From contig PYJD01000007.1 of NCBI GenBank assembly GCA_003635315.1, forward strand, positions 13,400 through 77,399: a stretch of DNA of 64,000 nucleotides. Direction: 5' to 3'. Positions 38,995-48,594 of the stretch are shown here, piece after piece. The position numbers were made by a program, and so were the translations under genes. The DNA is from Candidatus Poribacteria bacterium. Its GTDB lineage: Bacteria > Poribacteria > WGA-4E > WGA-3G. Each line of letters opens with the position of its first letter. Position 1 is the first letter of the stretch. The notes below the pieces were generated by a model, which had not been told where the DNA came from, did no database searches, and saw only the letters and a program-made list of their open reading frames with translations.

Positions 38995-41232
38995 CTAATG
39001 GTTCATCACAAATTCGTTGCAGGTGAGTAGACTCCACACCATATCCTCAAGCACCCGTTGTTGGGAGGCTGCGGAGGCATAATCGTCAATATGTTGCTTC
39101 CAGAATACCCGTTCCTCTACAGTAGGATTTCTACTCAACGCAGCCAGATAGAAAGCATCAAGTATTTCCATCGGAAATTTCCCGGATTCAATTAATGTAT
39201 CCAGTCGACCACCAATAACACCGATACGGGCATTGAGAAGTTCACCATTAAATAGGTGAAGTTTGCGTTTAAGTCCATCAGTTGATGCGTTTGCCGTTTC
39301 ACATGAGGATTCACGGACACATCTACCCAATATATCGAGTGCTTCTGACTCTGTATCCGGATCAATTAAAGCAACAGCACGTGTTCCTTCAGGTTCATCA
39401 CCATAGAGATCTGGAACATTAAGGACATCTGAAATAGCATCCGCTAATACTTCAGGGGGAAGTTGTTTTTTAAGTGCGTGTGAATAGAAACGATCATCGT
39501 TCACATTTTCGGGTAGTGTATTGACGCTTCGTGCGTAAGCATCACTCATAGCGATACGTTTGAGAGTGTGGCGTAAATCGTATCCGTTCTTGACAAAGTC
39601 TTTAGCCAAATCTGCTAACAATACCGGGTGTGTAGCAGGATTCGTGGATCGGAAATCGTCAACGGGTTCAACGAGCCCGCGTCCCATCATAGCTTTCCAC
39701 AAGCGATTAACAATTGCTTTTGCAAAATAGGAGTTGTCAACACTTGTTAACCAGTCCACCAATTCAGCACGTCCATCAACATCAGATGCTAAATATCGAT
39801 CACCCGGAATACGTGGGATAGCTGTTTCACGCGTTGCAGGATGGATAACTTCCGCTTTTGGTTTTACCTTGACAACTTGATCATTTCCGTTTACTTTCGC
39901 GAGGATCGCAGTTAACCCGTGATAATCGTCCTGTGTCCATTTATCCAGTGGATGATTATGACAATTGGCACATCGTAAACGTGCCCCCATGAAGAGTTCA
40001 CTCATGAATTCTGCTTGTTCACCAGCACTTTTAGTCGTACGGTAGAAATTCGCAGGACCGACTTGATGGGAATCACCTACTGCCATAATAATTGATCGCG
40101 TAATCTGGTCATAACCTACACCATTTTGAATTTGTTGTTCGAGCCATCTATGATATACAAGTGTGCCTTGTGAGTTTCCATTCTGCCCACCAATCCTAAG
40201 TAGCTTTGCCAATTGTAATGTCCAATATTGATTGAATTCCTCTGATTGCAGGAGTGTATCTACCAACCTTTCTCGTTTTGTTAGGTCTTTGTCTGCAAGA
40301 AAGGCAGTTACATGATCAGGAACTGGGAGACGCCCTGTTAGATCAAGTGTTACCCTTCGCAGGAAGGTTGCATCGTCGGCAGCAGCTGATACAGGTATCC
40401 TTAGTGTCGCAAGTAATTTGAGAATTTCACTATCAATCACTGTTGTATTCCCAGATTGAGATGAAGTTCTATCTAAATTAGTATTATCAATAGGGGTAGT
40501 ATTCAACGGTGAAATGAATTCTATAGGAATTACTTCAGTGAGATAACGCGCAAGTATGATATGTCGACCCGGACGCACCATTTTAGCGGTAGAAGTGGTT
40601 GTATCAATTTTAATAGTCGATGTATCCTCTGGTGTAAAGACTGTCCATCGTGTTACATCTTTGGTAGTTCCATCAGAAAAATAAGCTATTGAACGAAGTT
40701 GTATGGATGCTTCAAGGTCCTGTATTATCTGTTTTTTTGGTGTTATTTCAACACGGTCCAATTCACGTTGTGTGTTAAAACGCGCACCCTGTTTAATCCA
40801 GTTGAGGAGTAATTCCACTGCTTCTTCATTCTCATTCAGGACTTGTCCACCACCATGTTTAGTTTGTGCTGTTGGTTTTAATATAACAAGGCTTTCGTCA
40901 GGATATATTAGGTTAATCCTACGTCCTGAAAATTGTCGAACAATTGCTTGATAGTCAGCTTGTGGATTACCCCCAAAGAGTGATAGATTTAGTTCTCCTC
41001 TACCTGCAGCGGAACCGTGGCATGCCCCCGCATTACAACCGAACTTGGTGAAGATAGGAATCAAATCATTTTCAAAATCAACAACATACGTAGAATCTGA
41101 AGTGTTTGCTTGCGATGGCACGATATGAGAAGAATATTCGTCTGCAAAGGATATATTGGGTAATACCAGACAATACACAAATAGTATTGTGGTTAATATG
41201 GACATGATTTCTACTGATTGTCTTTTCTTCAT
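38995..41232 (-). CDS. DUF1549/DUF1553 (PSD1/PSD2) domain protein with Ig-like domain
   Basis: GCNAGACHG, FLRRVTLDLTGRLP, CANCHNHP, AIVNRLWKAMMGRGLVEPVDD, and C-terminal EDMVWSLL...EF..NH. Confidence 0.9.
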   Translation of the reverse strand: MKKRQSVEIMSILTTILFVYCLVLPNISFADEYSSHIVPSQANTSDSTYVVDFENDLIPIFTKFGCNAGACHGSAAGRGELNLSLFGGNPQADYQAIVRQFSGRRINLIYPDESLVILKPTAQTKHGGGQVLNENEEAVELLLNWIKQGARFNTQRELDRVEITPKKQIIQDLEASIQLRSIAYFSDGTTKDVTRWTVFTPEDTSTIKIDTTTSTAKMVRPGRHIILARYLTEVIPIEFISPLNTTPIDNTNLDRTSSQSGNTTVIDSEILKLLATLRIPVSAAADDATFLRRVTLDLTGRLPVPDHVTAFLADKDLTKRERLVDTLLQSEEFNQYWTLQLAKLLRIGGQNGNSQGTLVYHRWLEQQIQNGVGYDQITRSIIMAVGDSHQVGPANFYRTTKSAGEQAEFMSELFMGARLRCANCHNHPLDKWTQDDYHGLTAILAKVNGNDQVVKVKPKAEVIHPATRETAIPRIPGDRYLASDVDGRAELVDWLTSVDNSYFAKAIVNRLWKAMMGRGLVEPVDDFRSTNPATHPVLLADLAKDFVKNGYDLRHTLKRIAMSDAYARSVNTLPENVNDDRFYSHALKKQLPPEVLADAISDVLNVPDLYGDEPEGTRAVALIDPDTESEALDILGRCVRESSCETANASTDGLKRKLHLFNGELLNARIGVIGGRLDTLIESGKFPMEILDAFYLAALSRNPTVEERVFWKQHIDDYASAASQQRVLEDMVWSLLTCNEFVMNH

Positions 41233-41250
41233 TCTTTTAGTCCTTTGGGG

Positions 41251-42624
41251 TTAAGACTTATCCTCAATACAATATAGATGTGTCTCAGAACGTAGGATGA
41301 GAGTATCACCCGCAACCGCGCCTGATGCAATGAATCCGTCGGGGAATTCGTTTTTAGATAGCAAATTAAACTCGCGATCAGCAGAAATAACTGAAACTCG
41401 TCCATCAGTGTTGAAAAAGTAGATATTTCCACCCGCATATACTGGTGATGCCCAATACTTCCCACCGATACGATTTCTCCACACAAGATTACCATTTTCT
41501 GCTTCTACACAAATAACAATGCCACCCTCATTTACCATAAAAATCAAGTCATCTATAACCAGTGGAGATGGAATTTCAGGAGCACCTTTACGAACTTTCC
41601 AAACAATATGTGATTCGGTTACATCTCCCGTGCCGGAAGGATCTACTGCTAATAACACTTTCTCTATACCTGTGGTAAAATAGACACGGTTATGGGCAAA
41701 AATCGGTCTACATGCAACGTTCCATCCCCATCCTTCATGACGAACCCGCCACAATTCATCTCCTGATGCAGGATCATAAGATATAGTTACCTCTGCTGCG
41801 GGACTGATCAGTTGCTTCTTTCCTTGATAGGTAATAATTGTAGGTGTGGCGTAGGATTTCCTATTGTCATTCGGTTTCTCTTTTTGTGTCTTTTCTGTAT
41901 CCTTAATCCCTTTAGCTTTAAGAACATCCTCAAAATTCGAATCCACCTTACGATGTTTCAACCACAATGTATCCCCGTTATTTTTATCTAATGCTGCAAT
42001 AAACTGAGCATCGACACCATCGAATGTAAGGAACAACCGATTCTCATCAAGAATAGGGGATGAAGCCGGTCGTACTCGGTGGTCGCAATTCAGATTTCTC
42101 CGTTCCCAAAGAATATCACCCGTTTTTGTGTCTAAACATGCAGTTCCATAAGTTCCGTAATGCACGTAGATCCGTCCTTCCTCCACAATTGGGGTCGGAG
42201 AAGCATGACTGTTTAAGCCAGGATGTTCAACTTGTGGTTCTACTACATCAAACACTTTTATATCGTGTATGATGTTGCCACTCTCTAAGTCAACACAGAT
42301 TGCAAAGAGTTCCTTTCCATCACGCCGTGCGGTTGTCAACCAAATCTGATTTCCCCAAACTACAGGAGATGAATATCCTTCATCGTGGATCGGTGTCTTC
42401 CAGCGTATGTTTTTCGTTTCATTGAATTCAATTGGAAGATTGGATGCTGGTGATTGACCATCTCCGTTCGGACCCCGGAATTGATTCCAATACTTCATTT
42501 CATTTTCGTTTTGACCATACAGAGAATAAGATAAGACAGTCATACCGAGAAATAAAAGAATTAGGATAGTTGTAGATACACGTTTCATATATACCATTAT
42601 ATTTTTCAAATAGAGAGAAATCAT
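41251..42624 (-). CDS. PQQ-binding-like beta-propeller protein (BamB-like), secreted
   Basis: WNQFRGPNGDG, GYSSPVV, ASPTP and YWASPV repeats. The start may be at 42588. Confidence 0.85.
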   Translation of the reverse strand: MISLYLKNIMVYMKRVSTTILILLFLGMTVLSYSLYGQNENEMKYWNQFRGPNGDGQSPASNLPIEFNETKNIRWKTPIHDEGYSSPVVWGNQIWLTTARRDGKELFAICVDLESGNIIHDIKVFDVVEPQVEHPGLNSHASPTPIVEEGRIYVHYGTYGTACLDTKTGDILWERRNLNCDHRVRPASSPILDENRLFLTFDGVDAQFIAALDKNNGDTLWLKHRKVDSNFEDVLKAKGIKDTEKTQKEKPNDNRKSYATPTIITYQGKKQLISPAAEVTISYDPASGDELWRVRHEGWGWNVACRPIFAHNRVYFTTGIEKVLLAVDPSGTGDVTESHIVWKVRKGAPEIPSPLVIDDLIFMVNEGGIVICVEAENGNLVWRNRIGGKYWASPVYAGGNIYFFNTDGRVSVISADREFNLLSKNEFPDGFIASGAVAGDTLILRSETHLYCIEDKS

Positions 42625-42820
42625 TTTTTTCTGTTATACCATTTCTAAATGATGATTACTCATTCAGGTTTTAGACTATGCAGATATTTCTCTTGAGAAT
42701 ATTCTTCAATTGCTGATATTTCTGATGATTAGAAGATCGAAAAAAACAGACATTACACCCTAAACATCACAGATCAAAATTACACAGATTACTTTCACAG
42801 ATATTCGGTATAAAATTGAC

Positions 42821-44191
42821 CTATACGAATAATTCTGTAACAACTTTTGCACCGTCTGGTGCAACGCGAACTGGACGTCCGTCACTTGTATGAAGTTCTA
42901 AACTGGGGTCAATACCGAGGAGTGTGTAGATTGTAGCCGATAAATCTGAGGGAGTTACAGGACGTTCTTTGGGAAATTCACCAAGTGTATCACTGCTTCC
43001 GATAATTTGTCCACCCTGCACACCACCCCCAGCCAACATCACACTAAATACATTTGGCCAATGATCGCGTCCACCTTGTGAGTTTATTTTCGGTGTACGA
43101 CCAAACTCACCCATGACTATGACAAGTGTTTCATCCAACATTCTCCGGTCACTAAGATCTTGAATCAAGGCACTTAATGCGCGATCGAGAGAAGGTAAAT
43201 GTGCATTTCGATCTGTAGGATAACGTTCTTTCAACTGGAAGATATTTTGATGCGTGTCCCAACCGGTATGATTAACTGTCACAAATGGAACTCCCCGTTC
43301 TACCAACCTACGTGCAAGTAAACAACTATGTCCAATTCCATTCACGCCTCCTGATCCATATCGATTCCGTACATCTCGATGTTCATCAGATAGATTGAAG
43401 GCACCCTTTGCTTCTGGAGAAGTAATTAGATTGTATGCACGTTCCAATTCTGGATCCGCTACCGATTCTGTATCAGCATCTTTAGCACTGCTAAATTCAT
43501 TAAGTGCGTTGACAAATTGTCTACGTCGTGAAAGCCGATCAATATCAAGACCTTGGTAGAAGTCCAGATCTCGAACCTTGAATTGTCCTCTTTTTTCTTT
43601 TTCGGAATTACCGACCACAGAAAAGGGAGTTGTGGAGATAGGTAAATACCCATTACCTGACACTTCACCTGTGAAGTTTGGTACAGCAATGTTTGGGGGT
43701 AATGCGGATAGTGATTCCCCGGAACTGTCCTTAATATTTTGAGATCTGACATAAGTGACAGTTGCACCATAGGTTGGATATTCAAGGGCAGGAGTAGGTT
43801 TGTATCCTGTCATGAGATACTGTGTGCCGAGACTATGTTCACCAAGGGGTGAAGTCATTGAGCGGATAATAGCAATTTTATCCATGGTTTGCGCGGTTTG
43901 ATCCAAACATTCACTAATACGTACACCGGTGATATTCGTAGAAATGGTATTCAATGGACCACGTACTTCCTGGGGTGTATCTGGTTTTGGGTCGAATGTT
44001 TCCAGATGACTGGGACCGCCATCAAGCCATATTAATATGCATGATTTTGCTTTTGCTGTGAGTGGATTGGTATTGGCATTAGCGCGTTGGATAAGAAAAA
44101 AGTTTCCTAACCCTAAACCCAACGCTGTCAATCCACCGACACGTAAGAAATTACGACGGCTAATACCATCACATCTTTTTGTAATATCCAT
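42821..44191 (-). CDS. DUF1501 domain-containing protein (Tat substrate)
   Basis: Twin-arginine SRRNFLRVG; LIWLDGGPSHLETFDPKP, LARRLVERGVPFV, GWDTH and GEFGRTP. Confidence 0.92.
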   Translation of the reverse strand: MDITKRCDGISRRNFLRVGGLTALGLGLGNFFLIQRANANTNPLTAKAKSCILIWLDGGPSHLETFDPKPDTPQEVRGPLNTISTNITGVRISECLDQTAQTMDKIAIIRSMTSPLGEHSLGTQYLMTGYKPTPALEYPTYGATVTYVRSQNIKDSSGESLSALPPNIAVPNFTGEVSGNGYLPISTTPFSVVGNSEKEKRGQFKVRDLDFYQGLDIDRLSRRRQFVNALNEFSSAKDADTESVADPELERAYNLITSPEAKGAFNLSDEHRDVRNRYGSGGVNGIGHSCLLARRLVERGVPFVTVNHTGWDTHQNIFQLKERYPTDRNAHLPSLDRALSALIQDLSDRRMLDETLVIVMGEFGRTPKINSQGGRDHWPNVFSVMLAGGGVQGGQIIGSSDTLGEFPKERPVTPSDLSATIYTLLGIDPSLELHTSDGRPVRVAPDGAKVVTELFV

Positions 44192-44211
44192 TATGTTTCT
44201 CCTCTGATTAC

Positions 44212-47200
44212 CTAATCGGAATCCTTGCTACGTTGTTCTTGGGATTTGTTAGAATCCATACTTTTATCTTTAACCCGACTAAGATCGAATACAATTTTAT
44301 CAATACCTGCTTCTTTGGCAATATACATTACCTTGACGATTTGCTCATGTGATACTCCTCGTTCTGCTTCGATAATAAGCATAGATTCTGGTACTTCAGG
44401 AAAGCTCCGAAGGAACGTAAGCAATACATCAAACTGTATCACTGTCTCATCTAAGTCCACGACACTTTCGTTTAATACAAACGATCCCTTTAAGAACATT
44501 TTGCCATTTTCTTCTCTCTTAGAAGGATTCATAATTTTGATTATAGGAATCTTGATATTTAACCACTCTTCCAAGGTAGCAGGCTTTTCTCCAATTAACT
44601 CGCTAATGGCACCAAGCACATACGGGTCTGGAGATAACATAGGTTGTGCTAAAGGGAAGTTGTGTAACACTATTCCATTTTTGGCAACAATTACCGTTTG
44701 TGCCATGTTACGATTCAGACCGTAATTCCCCGGTCCTTCACGTCCATCGGGAGAAATGCCGAGTAGTATATTTTCTGGTATATGTGGCACTATCTTACTT
44801 GCTTGTTGGAATAACGCTTCTGGTGAATCACCTAAAAATACTACCTGTACTTGGAATTCGTGTTTAGATTTTTGGGATATCTCTTCCAATATGCGGGTAA
44901 ACCCAACTAATCCACGTAAACCGAGAGGTGTTTCATCCTGTATGACAAGTATGTGTGACTTTCCATTAGCGTTTGCAATAAAATCAATTGTTTTTCCTTC
45001 ATCATCACCGTTAATAACCGTAGCCATTAAAGATGGTAGTTTCTCCGACGGTTGGGGTCCAGAAAATAAAACTTTTTCTCGATTCCTATTAAACTCATCG
45101 GGATCTTTTACCTCAACCTTCCTTCTACGATTTCGATTTTGGTTTTTACCACTTTCCAACATACGCTGGACAGTCATTCTTTCTTCTTCGTTTAGTATTC
45201 CATCCTTGTCTTTGTCAAAAAGTTTCACGAGTAATTCTGGAGACAAAGCAGACTCTTTTTCGCGATCACCATCCCGTTCCATTCGTCTACCTTCGAGGTT
45301 GTTCTCGCGCCGACTTCGTTCTTCTGCTGAGGGTTCACCTTCTCTTTCACGTATTCTCTCTTGATTCATTTGCTGTCTTTGGCGTTGCATTCGTGTTTGT
45401 TCAGCGGGTTGCTCGTTTAGCCAATTTTCTGCAGAATCTGGATCTATACCAAGCGTTTGTACAATGGCACCAAGAACATGTGGGTCAGCATATACGGTGG
45501 GTTGTGTCAGTGCGAAATTATACAGGACTTTTCCTTCTTTGGCAATTATGACTGTTTGTGATACATTTCTGTTCAAACCGTAGCTACCCGGTCCCTCTCG
45601 TCCATCATGCGAAATGCCAAAAAGGATCTCGTTAGTTCCATTTTCGACTATCCTCTTTGCAACGCCACTCACTCTTTGGGTTAACTGTTCAGGATCATCA
45701 CCGAGAAATACAACATTCATATGTAATTTCTGTTTTGATTTGCTTATAATTGTACCGATCATGCGTGATGTGTCATACAATCCCCGCAATCCAGCACCAT
45801 TACCATCTTGCATGAACAGAATGAGTGGGTGTTTACCTGCTTTTGATATGAAATCGAATGATCTATCTTTTGATTTACCAGAAATACTTGTGGCTTTTAG
45901 TGGTGGAAGTTTCTCACCCGGTTGCGGACCTGAGTATATCTGCTTTTCTTCAGGTTTCTTAAAATCTGCAGGGTCAGATAATTTAACCTGCCGTTCATTA
46001 CGGTATCTTCTACTGTCCATCTTTGGAGATGCATCTTTTGTTTCATTGAGGAGTTTTGCGGTCCTTTCTGGATTGATTCCCAAATCCTCAAGTTTTATTT
46101 TTGCTTCCTCCTTTGACATCTTCCCGTTCATGAGTGCTTTTTCAATTTCTGACACGTAATATTCAGTAGATTTTTGATCAGCACCCATTTTCATTTTTTG
46201 GTTCGCAGATTTCTGATTCAACCATTTTTCCATCGTGGACGGTTCCACTCCAATTGCCTGTGAAACAGCACCCAAAACATAAGGGTCTGTGTATAGCATA
46301 GGTTGTGTGAATGCGAAATTGTGAGTGACTTTTCCATCTTTAGATATCAAGATCGTCTGAGCAACATTCCGATTCAACCCATAACTTCCTGGTCCTTCAC
46401 GACCACCAGGAGACATACATACCATTACACCCATTTCTGACCATACTTTAAAATCATCTACTGACCACTCAGGCAGTGCATCCACATTATCAATGAGGAA
46501 TATAACACCTATTTGTAGTGATTGATTGGTATCTTCATTATTTGCTTGTTGTATCTGGTATTCAGCGATCCTTAATAACAGATTGATTACCATACCAAAC
46601 CCTTTTACCCCAACTTCACTGGCATCCTGAACGAATAGCATGAGAGGTTGTCTGTCTGTTTTAGTTATATCGAATGTCTTTCCTTCAATTTCACCATACA
46701 TACCAGTAACATTAAAGGAGGGTAGTTTTTCTCCTACTTGTGGTCCTGAGAATATCCTCTTCTCTTCGGAACTAATAGAAAATGTTGGATCTTTTACTTC
46801 TATCAGCGAGTAATCTTTGTACATTTTTTTCTTTTTGTTTTCAGTTTCCGTCTTCAGCATCTTCTGATTCTGAGTTTTATCAATTGGTTTTTCAGCCTTT
46901 TCAGATGTTTGAGCAAAAAGTGATACGGGTACAGTCCTTATAGGTATCAACTGTGCCATTGAGAGTAGAGGTAAACAGATAATCAGGAATGAAGCTGCTA
47001 AGATGAGAATGCGAGGTTTCATAGTTAAGTCTATTCTACGATTATGTTTCAGGATGGAATCAATTCGTGATTCTAACCACGATGGTTTATTGAGTGACAA
47101 GGCAAGCGGGATTGTTCCATTCTCGTGTCGCGCTAAATCTAACAAACATTGTGCATACTTTTTCCTTGATCCTGTCAATTGGATTACCCAGTCATCACAA

Positions 47201-47976
47201 ATTTGTTCACGTAAATGCACAAGCTTTTGGTTCAACAGATGATAAATTGGATGAAAAAAGAATACAACCCCGACAACTTGTGAAAACAGATTTATCAACC
47301 AATCAAGTCTTTGTATATGTGCTAATTCGTGTGCTGCTACCATTTCAAACTGTTCAAATGTCAAATCTCTTGGAATCAGGATATGTGGAGCTAACCAACC
47401 AAATGAGATTGGGGATACCACATCATCCGAATAACATACAGTGACAGGTCGTCTAATGTTAAATTGTTGTGCTAATCTCTTACAAATTAGCTGATAACCC
47501 TCCTCGGCAGTTGAGGTACGACTTCTAATCCTACTGATTCTATAAAAGCCAAATACGATCCTTATTAACATACTGAGTGTTCCAATTCCCCATATTCCAA
47601 GTATTAGGTGCGTAATTGACAATTTAGAATAGAACGGGTTATTCGAAGAAATGTGTTGGTTAGATAGTGTTTGGTTTTCAATTGATACAATCGTTGAAGG
47701 ATTAGACTCTTGGATATTAGACTCTTGGATATTTAAACTTGACACCTCCAAGGATTGTGTGGCAATTAATTTAGATTCAGCTTGTACGATAGAGAGTCCA
47801 GGAATAAATTGATTTAATGCGAATAGAATTGGTAAGCTGATTAAAAACAATAACCATAGTAAATGAACTGTGTTGTTTGATTGATGGAATCGTCTGGTTA
47901 TAAGCCATGTTAAACCACCTAATAATCCCCATTGCCATGAACAATTGAGCAATGAAAGTAGGATTTGATGAGTCAT
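44212..47976 (-). CDS. BlaR1-like M56 peptidase with three internal thioredoxin-like repeats, an EF-hand-like motif and a C-terminal ExbD/TolR-like domain
   Basis: TM helices and HELAH zinc motif (M56); SGPQxGEKLP...GREGPGxYGLNRN repeated three times; FDKDKDGILNEEE; LIIEAERGVSHEQIVKVMYIAKEAG. Translationally coupled to the upstream regulator (TGATG). Confidence 0.85.
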   Translation of the reverse strand: MTHQILLSLLNCSWQWGLLGGLTWLITRRFHQSNNTVHLLWLLFLISLPILFALNQFIPGLSIVQAESKLIATQSLEVSSLNIQESNIQESNPSTIVSIENQTLSNQHISSNNPFYSKLSITHLILGIWGIGTLSMLIRIVFGFYRISRIRSRTSTAEEGYQLICKRLAQQFNIRRPVTVCYSDDVVSPISFGWLAPHILIPRDLTFEQFEMVAAHELAHIQRLDWLINLFSQVVGVVFFFHPIYHLLNQKLVHLREQICDDWVIQLTGSRKKYAQCLLDLARHENGTIPLALSLNKPSWLESRIDSILKHNRRIDLTMKPRILILAASFLIICLPLLSMAQLIPIRTVPVSLFAQTSEKAEKPIDKTQNQKMLKTETENKKKKMYKDYSLIEVKDPTFSISSEEKRIFSGPQVGEKLPSFNVTGMYGEIEGKTFDITKTDRQPLMLFVQDASEVGVKGFGMVINLLLRIAEYQIQQANNEDTNQSLQIGVIFLIDNVDALPEWSVDDFKVWSEMGVMVCMSPGGREGPGSYGLNRNVAQTILISKDGKVTHNFAFTQPMLYTDPYVLGAVSQAIGVEPSTMEKWLNQKSANQKMKMGADQKSTEYYVSEIEKALMNGKMSKEEAKIKLEDLGINPERTAKLLNETKDASPKMDSRRYRNERQVKLSDPADFKKPEEKQIYSGPQPGEKLPPLKATSISGKSKDRSFDFISKAGKHPLILFMQDGNGAGLRGLYDTSRMIGTIISKSKQKLHMNVVFLGDDPEQLTQRVSGVAKRIVENGTNEILFGISHDGREGPGSYGLNRNVSQTVIIAKEGKVLYNFALTQPTVYADPHVLGAIVQTLGIDPDSAENWLNEQPAEQTRMQRQRQQMNQERIREREGEPSAEERSRRENNLEGRRMERDGDREKESALSPELLVKLFDKDKDGILNEEERMTVQRMLESGKNQNRNRRRKVEVKDPDEFNRNREKVLFSGPQPSEKLPSLMATVINGDDEGKTIDFIANANGKSHILVIQDETPLGLRGLVGFTRILEEISQKSKHEFQVQVVFLGDSPEALFQQASKIVPHIPENILLGISPDGREGPGNYGLNRNMAQTVIVAKNGIVLHNFPLAQPMLSPDPYVLGAISELIGEKPATLEEWLNIKIPIIKIMNPSKREENGKMFLKGSFVLNESVVDLDETVIQFDVLLTFLRSFPEVPESMLIIEAERGVSHEQIVKVMYIAKEAGIDKIVFDLSRVKDKSMDSNKSQEQRSKDSD

Positions 47977-48383
47977 CAGTCTCTCCTTGTAGATGTTACT
48001 TCTTCCGGTTGATAGTCATTGATAAGTTGTTGTAAACGATTCAATTCATCAGAACTTGTTTGTCTAACTTCAAGAAGAGTATTTACCAGTTTTTCGGCGG
48101 AATTGTCAAAAAGACGTTCAAGTAAATCGATCAACATTGTATGTGTAATTTCAGTTTCTTTGACCAATGGTTGGTAAACGAAGGTTCTACCTTCAACTTG
48201 ATGTGATAGAACCCCTTTTTTCTCAAGACTCTTCATGGTCGTAGCGATAGTGGTATAAGCAATTTTACGGTCAATAGCATCAAGCACATCATTGACAGTG
48301 GCACGCTCAAGTTTCCAGATTGCTTTCATAACTTCAAGCTCTAAATGGTGTAATCTGTTGGGTTTCATCCCTTTAATCCTCAT
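47976..48383 (-). CDS. BlaI/MecI/CopY family transcriptional repressor
   Basis: LELEVMKAIW...ATVNDV...AYTTIATTMKSLEKKG...GRTFVY. Confidence 0.93.
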   Translation of the reverse strand: MRIKGMKPNRLHHLELEVMKAIWKLERATVNDVLDAIDRKIAYTTIATTMKSLEKKGVLSHQVEGRTFVYQPLVKETEITHTMLIDLLERLFDNSAEKLVNTLLEVRQTSSDELNRLQQLINDYQPEEVTSTRRD

Positions 48384-48487
48384 TTAAGTCCAATAGGTTT
48401 TCAATTATCAGATGTTTGATACAGTAGAATACCCTTAATTATAATAAAACAAAGCTTGCATAATTCACTTCTATAATACGGAAATCA

Positions 48488-48546
48488 AATACTATTTCTA
48501 AATACGGAGTAATAGTATTGTACATAATTATAATTCTATTTGTCAA
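48488..48546 (-). promoter_or_regulatory. Promoter and candidate operator of the BlaI/BlaR1 cluster
   Basis: Minus strand TTGACA (48546-48541), 18 nt, TACAAT (48522-48517). The perfect inverted repeat AATACTATT-N14-AATAGTATT (48488-48519) overlaps the -10/+1 region. Confidence 0.55.
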
Positions 48547-48594
48547 GGAACAAAAGAAAAAGTTCGGGTTTTAATGAAATATTGTAAATGTAGT

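Noticed and set aside
42768-42802. Three CACAGAT direct repeats in the DUF1501-propeller gap
   Set aside because: Short, irregularly spaced (15 and 13 nt) and low complexity; function cannot be supported.
44225-46159. Plus-strand ORFs of 166-202 aa (44225, 44756, 45614)
   Set aside because: Antisense shadows of the BlaR1 gene; they recur because the repeats recur. The same applies to 16281..16808, 32648..33193 and the other nested short ORFs.
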